From: a virus
Lineage: Duplodnaviria > Caudoviricetes
Reading direction: 5' to 3' (one strand)
DNA: 58,083 nucleotides
Virus record (IMG/VR): IMGVR_UViG_3300046355_000105
Span: 1 to 58,083 of that record
Below, in pieces: positions 37,367-46,809 of the stretch; the first letter of the stretch is position 1, and every line of letters starts with the position of its first letter. A program made the translations under genes and the position numbers. Under the pieces are notes generated by a model. That model saw nothing but the letters and a program-made list of their open reading frames with translations. It was not told the DNA's origin and made no database searches.

Positions 37367-37753
37367 TTACTCCTGTGGTTGAGCTTTGGGGGGACGCATG
37401 GCGTGAACCACTGCGCGGAAAATAAAGTCTTTGGCTTGCTGTTCTTTAGGCAGCAACTCGAACGGGGTGATGCACGGGTGGGTCTTCAGCGCGGGAGATT
37501 TAATCTCGCCATACACCCAGCCTTCAGCGAGCTTTTGCGCCATCCAGTTTTCATGGCTGCGCTCTGGGCCCACGTCGTTAAACAAGTGCAGGTCAACACC
37601 CATGAGGGCACTGCGCTTTTGCCAGTCTTCGGCATCGTCCCATGCAGGTTGGCTGTGGTCGCCTAGGGCTTCACAGTACGCACGGTTCACTTCATGGCAT
37701 ACGCTGGCGATGTGCTCTTTGTACGCCTGAATGAAAGTTTCGTCATCAGTCAT
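37367..37753 (-). CDS. RyR (ryanodine-receptor repeat) domain protein
   Basis: SHENWMAQKLAEGWVYG...KTHPCITPFELLPKEQQAKD. Confidence 0.8.
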   Translation of the reverse strand: MTDDETFIQAYKEHIASVCHEVNRAYCEALGDHSQPAWDDAEDWQKRSALMGVDLHLFNDVGPERSHENWMAQKLAEGWVYGEIKSPALKTHPCITPFELLPKEQQAKDFIFRAVVHAMRPPKAQPQE

Positions 37754-37757
37754 TAAG

Positions 37758-38150
37758 TTAGTCCTTTGCTTGCGCTTTACGCATATTGAATACACGGTTC
37801 GATGAGAAGTTCACCCCGGGTGGAGGTGCGCCGTTTGCCTCGATGTAACTCTTGACGCCGGTCTTAGATGCGCGGGACTCGACCATATCCCAAGCATTGT
37901 GTTCTGCACAGAAGCGGAAGAACTCTTCACGAGAACCCACTGTGGCTGTGTGGTGCGTTGACCAGTAGCCTGTGCCGTATGGTGTCTTGATGGTTTCTAG
38001 GCCATCCTCTTGTGCTTTCGCAGTAATCCAGTTTTCCAGCGCCACCAACTTCTCAGTCAACTTTGCTTTCGATGCCTTGTGCTCGCGCTCCATCTCGTCG
38101 ATTTCTTTGCGCACGTTGAGGTATCGCTCAACTGCAATTTCGTAGTTCAT
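37758..38150 (-). CDS. conserved hypothetical replication-module protein
   Basis: Coiled coil, then KTPYGT and PPGVN motifs; GGAG RBS. Confidence 0.7.
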   Translation of the reverse strand: MNYEIAVERYLNVRKEIDEMEREHKASKAKLTEKLVALENWITAKAQEDGLETIKTPYGTGYWSTHHTATVGSREEFFRFCAEHNAWDMVESRASKTGVKSYIEANGAPPPGVNFSSNRVFNMRKAQAKD

Positions 38151-38161
38151 GCCTAACTCCT

Positions 38162-39715
38162 TTACTCTTCGTCACTGTTGATGCCTTGCACCAAATTCAA
38201 AAACTCCGCAAGTGTGTTTTTCTTCGCGCGGAGCCTGCGGTATAGCTCTGCCTCGAAGCCTGTGGCCCAGATGTGCCAAACAGATGTTTTGCCAGTTGTG
38301 GTCAACCGGCGAATCCTTGCATTGGCTTGCTCGTACATCTCAAGTGAATAAATAGGTGCAAACCAAATGATGTCCTTAGCCCGTGTCAGCGTCAAACCGT
38401 GCGCAGCAACCTTGGGGTGAGCCAACAAAATCTGTGGCCTGTCCGTGTGCTGGAAGTCGTTGAATATCTGATCGCGGTCTTTCTTGCTCGTGTCTCCGTT
38501 CACCATGGCAACGTCGAAACCATCTGCGGTCAGCTTCTGTTGAAGCCAAACTTGCACACCCTTGAGCGGCACGAAGATGATTGCTTTATCACCAATCTCT
38601 GTGAGTAATTCCGTGAGGGTATTGTACCGCTCTGAGGCATCTATGACAAGCGTAGCGTCCTCGCCGTACACGACACCACACGAAATCTGCAGCAGCTTAC
38701 TCAGCATCACGGCAGTGTTCGCAGCAGTGACTTCACCACCAGAGAACACAGTGACCGCTTGGTCTTTCATCTCCTTGAACGCTTTCTCTTGCTGCTTGGT
38801 CAACGTGGTTTTGCGACCAACGAAGTTGGTGTCAGGCAAATCCTTGCACTCATCAAGCGAGAAGCGAATCGAGGGCTGCAGCACACGGCGACATGTCTCC
38901 AACGCATCAGGGCGTGACATCCACTTGAACGTCGTCACCTTCTGCATCACCAAGTCTTTGAATGTGGTGAAACTCTTTGGGCATGTTGGCGAGTCAACGA
39001 GACGTGCCAGTGTCCATGCGTCAGCAGGTGTCTGCGAAATCGGTGTGCCCGTCAACAACCACAGCCATGGCTGATGCTTCTGCATCCACTTGGCGAATAT
39101 CTTGTAGCGTTGAGAGCTCGGTGATTTCAGCGCTGTAGCCTCGTCATAAATCACAACGTCGAAACCATTGAGCTCTGCAGCCATGTTCGAGAAGCCGTCG
39201 TGGTTGATGATGACGTACTGCACGCCCGGTGTCGCCAACAGGTCGATGCGCTTTTGCTTCGTACCAGTGCAGACGACAAACGAACGATGTGGCAAGTGAT
39301 GCTTGAGCTCGCGGCCCCACACCACCTTCACGGTAGATAGCGGAGCGACGATGAGCACCTTGCGTGCAACGCCTTCATCCAGCAAGAAGTCAGCAGCCCA
39401 CAATGAACTGATGGACTTGCCCGTGCCCGGCGCGTTCAAACACAACGCACGTTTGTGCATGGTGAGGAAAGCAGCAGTGCCCTTCTGGTGCTCCATAGGC
39501 GCAAAGCGTCCTGGCCAGCTGTAGTATTCGTTGATGGGTGCTGGCACATTGAACCCGAGGTTCTTCAGCACCATGGCCTCATCCACGCCGTAAGGCATGG
39601 CCAGCATCTCTTCACCGTTGTGGGTGAACTTCTTCGCGTGTGGAATCACTAGAGCAACAGCATCGTTCTCATTGCTGTTGATGATGATCTTGCGCTTATC
39701 AGGAATTACCAGCAT
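38162..39715 (-). CDS. SNF2-family helicase
   Basis: PGTGKS, VIYDEA, LTGTP, HGLTL, YEQANARIRR. Confidence 0.9.
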   Translation of the reverse strand: MLVIPDKRKIIINSNENDAVALVIPHAKKFTHNGEEMLAMPYGVDEAMVLKNLGFNVPAPINEYYSWPGRFAPMEHQKGTAAFLTMHKRALCLNAPGTGKSISSLWAADFLLDEGVARKVLIVAPLSTVKVVWGRELKHHLPHRSFVVCTGTKQKRIDLLATPGVQYVIINHDGFSNMAAELNGFDVVIYDEATALKSPSSQRYKIFAKWMQKHQPWLWLLTGTPISQTPADAWTLARLVDSPTCPKSFTTFKDLVMQKVTTFKWMSRPDALETCRRVLQPSIRFSLDECKDLPDTNFVGRKTTLTKQQEKAFKEMKDQAVTVFSGGEVTAANTAVMLSKLLQISCGVVYGEDATLVIDASERYNTLTELLTEIGDKAIIFVPLKGVQVWLQQKLTADGFDVAMVNGDTSKKDRDQIFNDFQHTDRPQILLAHPKVAAHGLTLTRAKDIIWFAPIYSLEMYEQANARIRRLTTTGKTSVWHIWATGFEAELYRRLRAKKNTLAEFLNLVQGINSDEE

Positions 39716-40010
39716 TTAAGGCCACCCATGCTTTGAACGTCAGAACCCAGTCGTCCACGTTAGTCTCTCGAACAATCCACACTTCACCGCCTGCATGTGA
39801 TGCAGCGTTGATTTCGCGGTTCTGATTAGCAGTAGTCACACCCTTGCCGAACTTGGTCTCGACAGCGAACGGGCAGCCGTTGACCCAGCCCACGAAGTCA
39901 GGAATACCAGCGCGGCCAAAGCCATTGGCTGGCGGCATAAACCACCAGCACTTGTCAGTGTCTTTGAGGACAGCTTTGACAATCTTTTTTACATCGCCTT
40001 CATTCTTCAT
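39699..40010 (-). CDS. VRR-NUC nuclease
   Basis: NEGDVK, GIPDF, AVETK, T..Q motifs. Confidence 0.85.
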   Translation of the reverse strand: MKNEGDVKKIVKAVLKDTDKCWWFMPPANGFGRAGIPDFVGWVNGCPFAVETKFGKGVTTANQNREINAASHAGGEVWIVRETNVDDWVLTFKAWVALNAGNS

Positions 40011-40210
40011 TGCAGTTTCCTTTTGCCTGATTCGTACAACTCACGTTGGTCATGTGCGTTATGCACAAGCACCCTGTCGTCATCTTCGTCTACCTCTGGC
40101 TGACACCAGCATGTGATGTCCAGCTCATGTTCGTAGGTGTCTTCGACTGGCACAACGTGCGCTACACGCTGGCCAGCTTTGTTCTTACCGAAGATGTTCA
40201 ACCAGCTCAT
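40007..40210 (-). CDS. hypothetical His/Cys protein
   Basis: HVVP.D..EH....CWCQP....VHNAHD; ATGA-coupled. Confidence 0.65.
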   Translation of the reverse strand: MSWLNIFGKNKAGQRVAHVVPVEDTYEHELDITCWCQPEVDEDDDRVLVHNAHDQRELYESGKRKLQ

Positions 40211-40926
40211 CGCTTGCCCTTCAACCGCGCGTCAGGGCAGAAGCCTTTCGCTGGGCACCATGGGCACAAGCCGCTTGGCTTGGTCTTGAACACGCCGAGG
40301 TCAATCGTCTCTTGTACGTTATCGAAGCGTGGCTCCAATGCACGCCACAGCGCGTCAAGGTAGCGGCGCTCATACTTGGCGTTTGTCACGTCGTCGAACT
40401 TCAACCAAATGAACGATGTCTTCACAGTGTTGACTTGTGGGTAATGCCACATCACCATGGCTGCAAACAACTGCAGCTGTGTTGGGTTCTCTTTCACTTT
40501 GCCTGTCTTGTAGTCAAGGCAGTACGCAGTGTCACCGTCAATGACCAGCACGTCGGCGATGGAGCGAATCCACACGTCTTTGGCAAACCAGTCAACAGGC
40601 TGCAGCTGGCGGTTTACGGCCATCTGATGCTCGAACAGCTTCTCGCCGTTGCGTGACGTAATCTTCTGAACCAATGGGCCCCAGCGCTCAAGCGACTGCT
40701 TGGCTTCGAGTGTGTCTTCGAGCGCGACAGCTGCGACCACAGCCTCACTGCCAGCAACGATGGCATTGCCATACGCTTCGAGCACTTTGTGGACACGGTC
40801 GCCATACTCTGACGCTTCGTTCATCGTGCTCTGCACGCGCTTGGAAACATAGAGGTAGTCGAACTGCGCAGGGCATTGCTCGAATGTAGATAGTCGGCTG
40901 AACGACAGGGGCATCGGTGTTGTCAT
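40207..40926 (-). CDS. Cas4-like PD-(D/E)XK exonuclease
   Basis: SFSRLSTFEQCP, ADVL, DYKTGK, QLQLFA, CPWCP...CP. Confidence 0.88.
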   Translation of the reverse strand: MTTPMPLSFSRLSTFEQCPAQFDYLYVSKRVQSTMNEASEYGDRVHKVLEAYGNAIVAGSEAVVAAVALEDTLEAKQSLERWGPLVQKITSRNGEKLFEHQMAVNRQLQPVDWFAKDVWIRSIADVLVIDGDTAYCLDYKTGKVKENPTQLQLFAAMVMWHYPQVNTVKTSFIWLKFDDVTNAKYERRYLDALWRALEPRFDNVQETIDLGVFKTKPSGLCPWCPAKGFCPDARLKGKR

Positions 40927-41192
40927 GTTTCTTCCAAAGTTAGTTCTGCAAGTTGTATCGTGATGTTGTGGTGGATGTTCTCAAGTATCTGTCGTCGTGA
41001 TGGTGGTGAGTCTGAGACCCAACCATCGTTGGCTATGTCCAATACCTTTATCCATCCATCACTAGAGCGCACCGCGATACGCATCTTGATGTCGAATGTG
41101 TGATGGTCTCGGCTAGCTTCGACGTGAACCCATTTTTCTTCTGGGTTATTTAGCATCGCCATAGCTTCCTCCAACTCCAGTCTCACACGCAA
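40923..41192 (-). CDS. hypothetical protein (start uncertain)
   Basis: Fills the gap between the polymerase and nuclease genes; ATGA coupling downstream. Confidence 0.5.
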   Translation of the reverse strand: MRVRLELEEAMAMLNNPEEKWVHVEASRDHHTFDIKMRIAVRSSDGWIKVLDIANDGWVSDSPPSRRQILENIHHNITIQLAELTLEET

Positions 41193-42984
41193 CAGGGATG
41201 CTGCGACACCACTTAGGTGTCATCGCAAGGCACTCTTCCATATACGCACGGGCTTCAACAAGTTCATCATCTCGCACTACACAGACAGCCTCGTCATGGA
41301 CGGACAGCTTCACTGGGTAGCGCTGGTTGATACGCGCAGTTTGCCACATAACGATCTGCATTGCGGCATGTTGCGATAAATTTTCTACAACTTTTGCACC
41401 GTGCAGATTTACCCGCATCTTGCCCATGGTGTACGTCCAGTTCTTGCCGTCATGCTCCAGCTCGTTATACATAACGCCCGGCTCGCCGGGGCGGCCAAAG
41501 CCATCCCACTGTGTCACGAACCAACCATTGACATCCACGTTTAGCATGGAGCAGCCGTTGGCGATATCTGGCAGGATTACTTTGTCGCAGCGCTTCCACA
41601 ACTCGACGACCTTGTAATGCACAGAGCGGTATAGGTCAACGATGGCGTATGCACGGTCGAGGTCAATCAGCTCCACGCCGGGGTCAGTGCGCTTGGCGAG
41701 ACGAACCATCTCTTGGAACCGTGCAGCGCCAGCGCCGTACTGCAAACCCAGCATCGCTGTCTTGCCCAAGAAACGCTCGGCCTTGTCTTTCTTCGTAATC
41801 TCACGGCCAAAGAGCTTAGACGCAAAGTCACAGTACAGGTCAACGCCGTTCTTCAACTTCTCGGTCACGTCGTCTTGGCCAGCCAGTGCCATCACTGTGC
41901 GGAGTTCAATGTTGGATGAGTCACCCACGAGAACGGTGTGGCCAGCAGGAGCCAGCAACGCATCGCGCAAGCCCGCTGAGGGGCCACGCGCAGGGATGTT
42001 TTGCCAGTTGATGGAGTTACCCCCAGAGTAGCGGCCAGTGGTCTTAGCGCCCCAGAAATTGAGGTACACGGGCAACGGGCCACGCTGTGCAGTTTCGAGG
42101 AACTTCAGTGCGCGGGTTTCTGCAATGGTCGTCTTGACGCCCAAGCGAGCCGCAACCAACGCCTGTACGTCTGCATCGTCGGACTCCAAGAGGTCGGTGA
42201 AGGCTTTGTCTGATTTGGCAAAAGCATAGGTTTCTTTATCTGGTCGTGCTTTGCTCGTCTTCATGGGCGGTGTGACACCAAGCTCCAGTAAACGGGCAGC
42301 GAATTTGTCGTTGGACATGATGATTTCGCGGGTGACTGTCGCGTCTTGCAACAGCTTCTCTTTGCGCACCAGCTCATCGTCATAGAGTTGTTTCATCTTG
42401 GCTTGGTCGCCCACCAGCATCGGCTCAGTGAACATGCGAATCGTCATGTCGATGAGACGCATAGCCAGTGGCGGTGTGAACGGGTCGAACTTCTTGCCCA
42501 GCTCTTTGCACAGCCATGTGTCGTGCTTGCAGTAGTCAGCGTACTCGGCTAATTCCATGGGATTAAAGTCCTCACGGCGTTTGCCAATCGCCTTTACAAC
42601 AGCAGTGCCCTTGTCGGGGAAAGCGTATTGCTTGGCCAAGTTGGCCAGTGAGTGATACTGCAAGAACGGCAACAGCATGCGGCCTTGGCCGAGGGTGTCC
42701 ATCCACAGCTTGGGCTTGATGCCACAGCGTTGCGTCAGGATGTAGCCGTCGAACAAAGTGTTGTGGCAGCGCACGGCTGAGTTCGCCCAGTCGTATGTGC
42801 CATGCAGCCAGCCAATCGTCTCAAGCTCTGAGCCACTGAACCACACAGCGTCTTCGTCATTCTTGATGACGGACACACCAATGATTTCAAAGCGGTCATC
42901 GTTGATGTACGCATCAGTCTGCATCTTCGACAGGGAGTAGTCCTTGTCGTAGTACGTCTCAAAGTCAACTGTTAGGATGTCCAT
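41146..42984 (-). CDS. polA: DNA polymerase family A with 3'-5' exonuclease
   Basis: VDFETY ExoI, HNTLFD ExoII, YCKHD ExoIII, TTGRYS, DSSNIELR motif A, RFLGKTAMLGLQYG motif B, VHDE motif C. Confidence 0.93.
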   Translation of the reverse strand: MDILTVDFETYYDKDYSLSKMQTDAYINDDRFEIIGVSVIKNDEDAVWFSGSELETIGWLHGTYDWANSAVRCHNTLFDGYILTQRCGIKPKLWMDTLGQGRMLLPFLQYHSLANLAKQYAFPDKGTAVVKAIGKRREDFNPMELAEYADYCKHDTWLCKELGKKFDPFTPPLAMRLIDMTIRMFTEPMLVGDQAKMKQLYDDELVRKEKLLQDATVTREIIMSNDKFAARLLELGVTPPMKTSKARPDKETYAFAKSDKAFTDLLESDDADVQALVAARLGVKTTIAETRALKFLETAQRGPLPVYLNFWGAKTTGRYSGGNSINWQNIPARGPSAGLRDALLAPAGHTVLVGDSSNIELRTVMALAGQDDVTEKLKNGVDLYCDFASKLFGREITKKDKAERFLGKTAMLGLQYGAGAARFQEMVRLAKRTDPGVELIDLDRAYAIVDLYRSVHYKVVELWKRCDKVILPDIANGCSMLNVDVNGWFVTQWDGFGRPGEPGVMYNELEHDGKNWTYTMGKMRVNLHGAKVVENLSQHAAMQIVMWQTARINQRYPVKLSVHDEAVCVVRDDELVEARAYMEECLAMTPKWCRSIPVACETGVGGSYGDAK

Positions 42985-43189
42985 CTTTAACTTTCCGTGT
43001 TTGCATTATTTGTTGCTGCCCGCACTTCGAGCACTTGCGCCCTTGGCAGTACGCGTCCTCTGTCTGCCACACAATCCACTTGTCCCACTTGTGCCAGCAC
43101 TCGCTGATGATTTCAATTCCTTTACCGAATAGGTAAATTAAAAATACCAAAGCTGGCACCAGCAGGAATAGAAAAATATCGTTCATCAT
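42965..43189 (-). CDS. small membrane protein with Cys/His cluster
   Basis: N-terminal TM; CWHKW...C..CSKCG. Confidence 0.55.
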   Translation of the reverse strand: MMNDIFLFLLVPALVFLIYLFGKGIEIISECWHKWDKWIVWQTEDAYCQGRKCSKCGQQQIMQTRKVKDGHPNS

Positions 43190-43599
43190 TCAGTCCTGTC
43201 TAGCATGCGTGATGCCAACTGCGAGGTGATGATGGTGCATACATCTTCAATCGTCATGGCCACGTGCGGCGTGCGACCTGTGTACTGCTCTTCGCCTATG
43301 TTGACTATGAAGCCGTTATCAGCCTGAATGATGCTCAACTCCATACTCACTCGCGGCTTGTTTTCTTTATATGGGTACGATGACTTTGCTTGCGCCAGCT
43401 GCGCTGCGTTCCACGATGCCTGTTGAGCGTTTGAGATTGCACCATTCGCTATGCTGCCGCCCATCAGTGAGTTCTGCGCGTTGCTAATCATCCCTTGGCC
43501 CATGATTGAGTTAAGTCCCATGACCTGCTCCTGTTTTATCTGGTTGTAGAGCTCTGCGGCGTACACCGCAGAGTCCAGAGCATCACTGCTCTCTTCCAT
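43186..43599 (-). CDS. hypothetical protein (start 43599 or 43521)
   Basis: N/Q/S-rich N-terminal part; IIQADNGFIV domain. Confidence 0.6.
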   Translation of the reverse strand: MEESSDALDSAVYAAELYNQIKQEQVMGLNSIMGQGMISNAQNSLMGGSIANGAISNAQQASWNAAQLAQAKSSYPYKENKPRVSMELSIIQADNGFIVNIGEEQYTGRTPHVAMTIEDVCTIITSQLASRMLDRTE

Positions 43600-44117
43600 T
43601 ACTTTGCACCAACGGCACGCAACAACTTGCATGCGTGAAGGGCTTGGTACTTGGCATCGTCAAGCGCGTTGTGCGCCACGCCGACCTTGTCCTGCTTGAT
43701 GTCAGGGCGCAGGTTCTTGAGCGTGCGGTAGCAGCGGTCTTTGGTGAAGTGCCATGGGCGATTGATGCCACTGGCTTTGAACGCGTTGTCCAGAATCACG
43801 TTGTCGAACGTAGCGCCATTGCCCCACAGTGCAGCACCTTGTGGGTACCACGCCTTGAACATGTCGAGCGCCAGCTCAAGCGGCACGCTTGGCTTGTTGA
43901 ACGCAGCACGCGCTTCATCGGACTGCTTCATCCACCACATCACTGTGCTCACGTCCATCTTCAGGCCAGCATCCACGCAGCTCTGTGGTTCCACGTTGAC
44001 GTAGAACTCGCTGGTGATTTGCCCACTCGCAGGGTCGAACGCACATGCACCGATAGAGATGATGGCAGCGTTGCTGCCGTTGCCCAAGGTCTCCAAGTCA
44101 ACCATTACTTCGCTCAT
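43599..44117 (-). CDS. DEDD 3'-5' exonuclease (Rv2179c/ExoVIII-like)
   Basis: MVDLETL, WGNGATFD, DRCYRT, HNALDDA. Confidence 0.88.
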   Translation of the reverse strand: MSEVMVDLETLGNGSNAAIISIGACAFDPASGQITSEFYVNVEPQSCVDAGLKMDVSTVMWWMKQSDEARAAFNKPSVPLELALDMFKAWYPQGAALWGNGATFDNVILDNAFKASGINRPWHFTKDRCYRTLKNLRPDIKQDKVGVAHNALDDAKYQALHACKLLRAVGAK

Positions 44118-44473
44118 GCTTCACCTCGCTCTTTGAGAATTGCCATGCCCAAGTAAACCATCGCGCCGAACACTTCGGTCTCGAACGCTTCACCTGTGCG
44201 CGTCGCTGCAGCCTCTTCCAATTTCTTCGCAGCTTGGCCAGTCAGGAAACCACGACCGTGCATCTTGGCGTAGTGAACCCAAGGCTGGTCGTTGAATGGC
44301 GTGATGTTGCCACCATGGCGTTGACCCTTGCCGAACATTGCTTGCTCAATGGCTGCAATAAATACTGCGTACAGCGGATGGTCTTCAGCCACTGCTTCAT
44401 CTGGCACGTGTGTTGTCGCCTTAAACATCACTGGCGCTTTTTTGCGTACCACGATTTTCTTTTTCGTAACCAT
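44114..44473 (-). CDS. hypothetical protein
   Basis: GKGQRHG...GQAAKKLEEA pattern; GGAG RBS. Confidence 0.7.
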   Translation of the reverse strand: MVTKKKIVVRKKAPVMFKATTHVPDEAVAEDHPLYAVFIAAIEQAMFGKGQRHGGNITPFNDQPWVHYAKMHGRGFLTGQAAKKLEEAAATRTGEAFETEVFGAMVYLGMAILKERGEA

Positions 44474-44482
44474 GTCTAACTC

Positions 44483-44659
44483 CTATTTGAATTTTTCAAT
44501 AATGAATTTGCACTTGTGTGCAGTCTCGCCTTTGCCACGCTCTTCAGCGAGGCGCATTGCCTTTTGCTTCATGCTGGACATCACGTATGCGCCGTGTTCG
44601 TCCCTCACGAAATTACCTTTGAACATCAGCACCCACATCTCGGTGAATACTCGCTTCAT
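44483..44659 (-). CDS. hypothetical protein (58 aa, not in ORF track)
   Basis: MKRVFTEMWVLMFKG...KFK; GGAG RBS; fills the gap. Confidence 0.5.
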   Translation of the reverse strand: MKRVFTEMWVLMFKGNFVRDEHGAYVMSSMKQKAMRLAEERGKGETAHKCKFIIEKFK

Positions 44660-44823
44660 AAATTCTTCTCCGCCCAGAGTTTGAATCGTTCGTTGGTTCG
44701 TTTAATCTTGCTCGGGTCGCGCGGCGGTGGCGGTGCCTTCGGCGCTGGCTGCACCTTCGGTGCTACCACTGCTGTTGGTGGCTTGTGCGGCCACGGCGCG
44801 TTTGGAGCTAACACTGTTTTCAT
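44656..44823 (-). CDS. small Pro-rich protein
   Basis: MKTVLAPNAPWPHK...; overlaps the tail of the upstream ORF. Confidence 0.4.
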   Translation of the reverse strand: MKTVLAPNAPWPHKPPTAVVAPKVQPAPKAPPPPRDPSKIKRTNERFKLWAEKNL

Positions 44824-45295
44824 TGAGTACCTTCTGCACAGAACGCATCTTGTGATGCTTGTATTCCTTGTCGATGATTTCCATGGCCAACTCCATCTCA
44901 CGCACATTGGTCTGGTCTAGTTGTGCATCGTGCAGCTCCATCACCAAGTTCATGGCGACTAGCTCTTGCGCCTTCAGCACAAACCTACCGGACTCAATGC
45001 CACGCGCTGCCACCATCAGCAGTGCGTCTTGGCCAGCCCTAATTTCTTTCACCCAGTCAGCCCCGAGGTCAGGACGCAAAATTGTGTACGCCTCGGTCAT
45101 GTTGAACGCGCCAATCAGCACGTCCATGTCTTCTCTTGTTGCTTCACCACGTCGCAGCGCATCCATCGCTGCATGATTCTTGATGCGTATGTTAATGCTA
45201 GTTGGCACCTCTTTGAAAGGTTTTATTCCAGCTAGCACCCACGTCACTGCATCCAACCGTACACCCTTGGGTTTGTACTTACTTCGTTTCCTCAT
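44702..45295 (-). CDS. hypothetical protein
   Basis: MRKRSKYKPKG start; helical body. Confidence 0.65.
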   Translation of the reverse strand: MRKRSKYKPKGVRLDAVTWVLAGIKPFKEVPTSINIRIKNHAAMDALRRGEATREDMDVLIGAFNMTEAYTILRPDLGADWVKEIRAGQDALLMVAARGIESGRFVLKAQELVAMNLVMELHDAQLDQTNVREMELAMEIIDKEYKHHKMRSVQKVLNENSVSSKRAVAAQATNSSGSTEGAASAEGTATAARPEQD

Positions 45296-45455
45296 GGCTG
45301 TGTTCTTTCGCTTTTGTCTTGTCAGTAAATAAGTCACCACAGTGCTTGCAACGGTAGAGGTAGCCAATCGTCACATACGTCTTGGTCTCAGGAATACCAC
45401 GCCACCCATTTTGGAAGCGCGGAACCCCGCTGTAAGTCTTGATGATTTCAATCAT
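45279..45455 (-). CDS. small zinc-finger-like protein (58 aa, not in ORF track)
   Basis: YRCKHCGDLFTDKTKAKEHSH. Confidence 0.55.
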   Translation of the reverse strand: MIEIIKTYSGVPRFQNGWRGIPETKTYVTIGYLYRCKHCGDLFTDKTKAKEHSHEETK

Positions 45456-45457
45456 CA

Positions 45458-45787
45458 CTATGCTTTCTTTTTGGTATTCGTGGTGTTTGCTGTGCCAGCT
45501 TTGCTGTACGTGAAGAACTCTGTCGGCGCAAGAATCCTGCGCTTCAATTCTTCCATGTCAGTGCGTGATTTTGCCTTCTCAAGAGTACGCTGAACTGACT
45601 GCGTTTTGGGGAACACGTTGATTGTGTTCACTGTCTTGCCGTGTTTGTTCTCACGTGTCGCTTTGGACTTACCACCTGCAATCACACCGTTGGCGTGCTG
45701 TGTTGATTCGAGCTTGATTGATGTGAGAAGTTCTGGGTGATACGTCTTGATGTAGTCGGGGTGGAACGCGTTGATGATCGCAGTCAT
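45458..45787 (-). CDS. hypothetical protein
   Basis: 109-aa ORF in a tightly packed early operon. Confidence 0.6.
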   Translation of the reverse strand: MTAIINAFHPDYIKTYHPELLTSIKLESTQHANGVIAGGKSKATRENKHGKTVNTINVFPKTQSVQRTLEKAKSRTDMEELKRRILAPTEFFTYSKAGTANTTNTKKKA

Positions 45788-45952
45788 AGTGGGCTTTCAG
45801 GAATTTGTTTTCGTTGGAGTTCGTCATACTGTTTCTGCTGCTTAGGCGTCCACGGTACAGGTGGAAATTGGTCAGGGAACGGCCACGTCATTTAGTCAAA
45901 CACCACAGAGTGAAACAAATCCCAATGGTCAGGCAAATCGTTTGTATGTCAG

Positions 45953-46150
45953 TCATGCTTCCCCCTTTGGTAGTTTTGGTAGTGGTGCCCAGTGCGTGTA
46001 GAAAGTCCCCTTGCCGTTGTGCGTGCCGTACATAGCGACACCGCCTTGACCAAGCAGTTGAACCTTCACACCGTTGGGACATGTCTTGATGGGTTGCCAG
46101 AAGTAGTTGTGGTCTACTGCCGCTGCCCCTGTGCTGTCGATGTGTGTCAT
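45953..46150 (-). CDS. DUF551-like small protein
   Basis: WQPIKTCP...THWAPLPKLP motif. Confidence 0.65.
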   Translation of the reverse strand: MTHIDSTGAAAVDHNYFWQPIKTCPNGVKVQLLGQGGVAMYGTHNGKGTFYTHWAPLPKLPKGEA

Positions 46151-46350
46151 GCTTTATCCTTTAGTTGAATCGCGTTTATCACACGAGCTGCTGTTGACTC
46201 AAGCGTGCCAAGAAGCGCAACACGAGCCCTACGTACACACGCCTCACGTTCGTACTCAACGCCCATGTCAAAGGCATTGCACATTGCAGTCACGGTGTTC
46301 TCGTTCACGCCTACGCTGCGTAACACTTGCGCCATATCTTCTTTAGTCAC
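46147..46350 (-). CDS. hypothetical protein
   Basis: GTG start with GGAG RBS; EREAC motif. Confidence 0.55.
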   Translation of the reverse strand: MTKEDMAQVLRSVGVNENTVTAMCNAFDMGVEYEREACVRRARVALLGTLESTAARVINAIQLKDKA

Positions 46351-46443
46351 TTTGAATCTCCATCCAGTAAACAAATCCGGCCAGCAACGCTGCCGTGATA
46401 CCAACACCAAGCGCCATGAGCGCTGCCATGAGCAGTACGTTCT

Positions 46444-46632
46444 CTACCACAGCATGCCTCCGTGAGCTACGCGGCGTTGAAGCGCAAAGCCCCAGACCAA
46501 GCCCCACGTAACCCAGATACAGCGGTGTGCATACGCCCACGTTGCAGGGTCTTTGTCCCAGTTCAATAAACCAATCAGCACGTACACCACGAAAAGCATG
46601 ATTGGGTAAGTAATCAAGTCAATGTATTTCAT
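46444..46632 (-). CDS. small two-TM membrane protein
   Basis: Two hydrophobic segments; GAGGA RBS. Confidence 0.55.
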   Translation of the reverse strand: MKYIDLITYPIMLFVVYVLIGLLNWDKDPATWAYAHRCIWVTWGLVWGFALQRRVAHGGMLW

Positions 46633-46634
46633 TT

Positions 46635-46808
46635 TCAGTCCTCATCATCTTCTGCCATAGCCATGTGGTCACGTATCAAGTCGAACTTGATGACATCCAA
46701 GATACCCAGCACAGTGGGCAACAACACAGCGTGTTCGTACTTGGCAATCACGTCCATGAGATCCTCGGTCATGCCAGCGGCTAATTCCATGGGATTAAGG
46801 TTTTTCAT
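46635..46808 (-). CDS. hypothetical protein (57 aa, not in ORF track)
   Basis: MKNLNPMELAAG...EDDED; contains a copy of the palindromic box. Confidence 0.55.
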   Translation of the reverse strand: MKNLNPMELAAGMTEDLMDVIAKYEHAVLLPTVLGILDVIKFDLIRDHMAMAEDDED

Positions 46809-46809
46809 A

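Noticed and set aside
36677-37666. Long + strand ORF (329 aa) and other antisense ORFs such as 6876-7883
   Set aside because: Shadow frames of strongly codon-biased genes on the opposite strand; no RBS or recognisable motifs.
40207-40926. Cas4-like gene as part of a CRISPR-Cas system
   Set aside because: Solo Cas4-like nucleases are routine in phage replication modules; no other cas genes or array.
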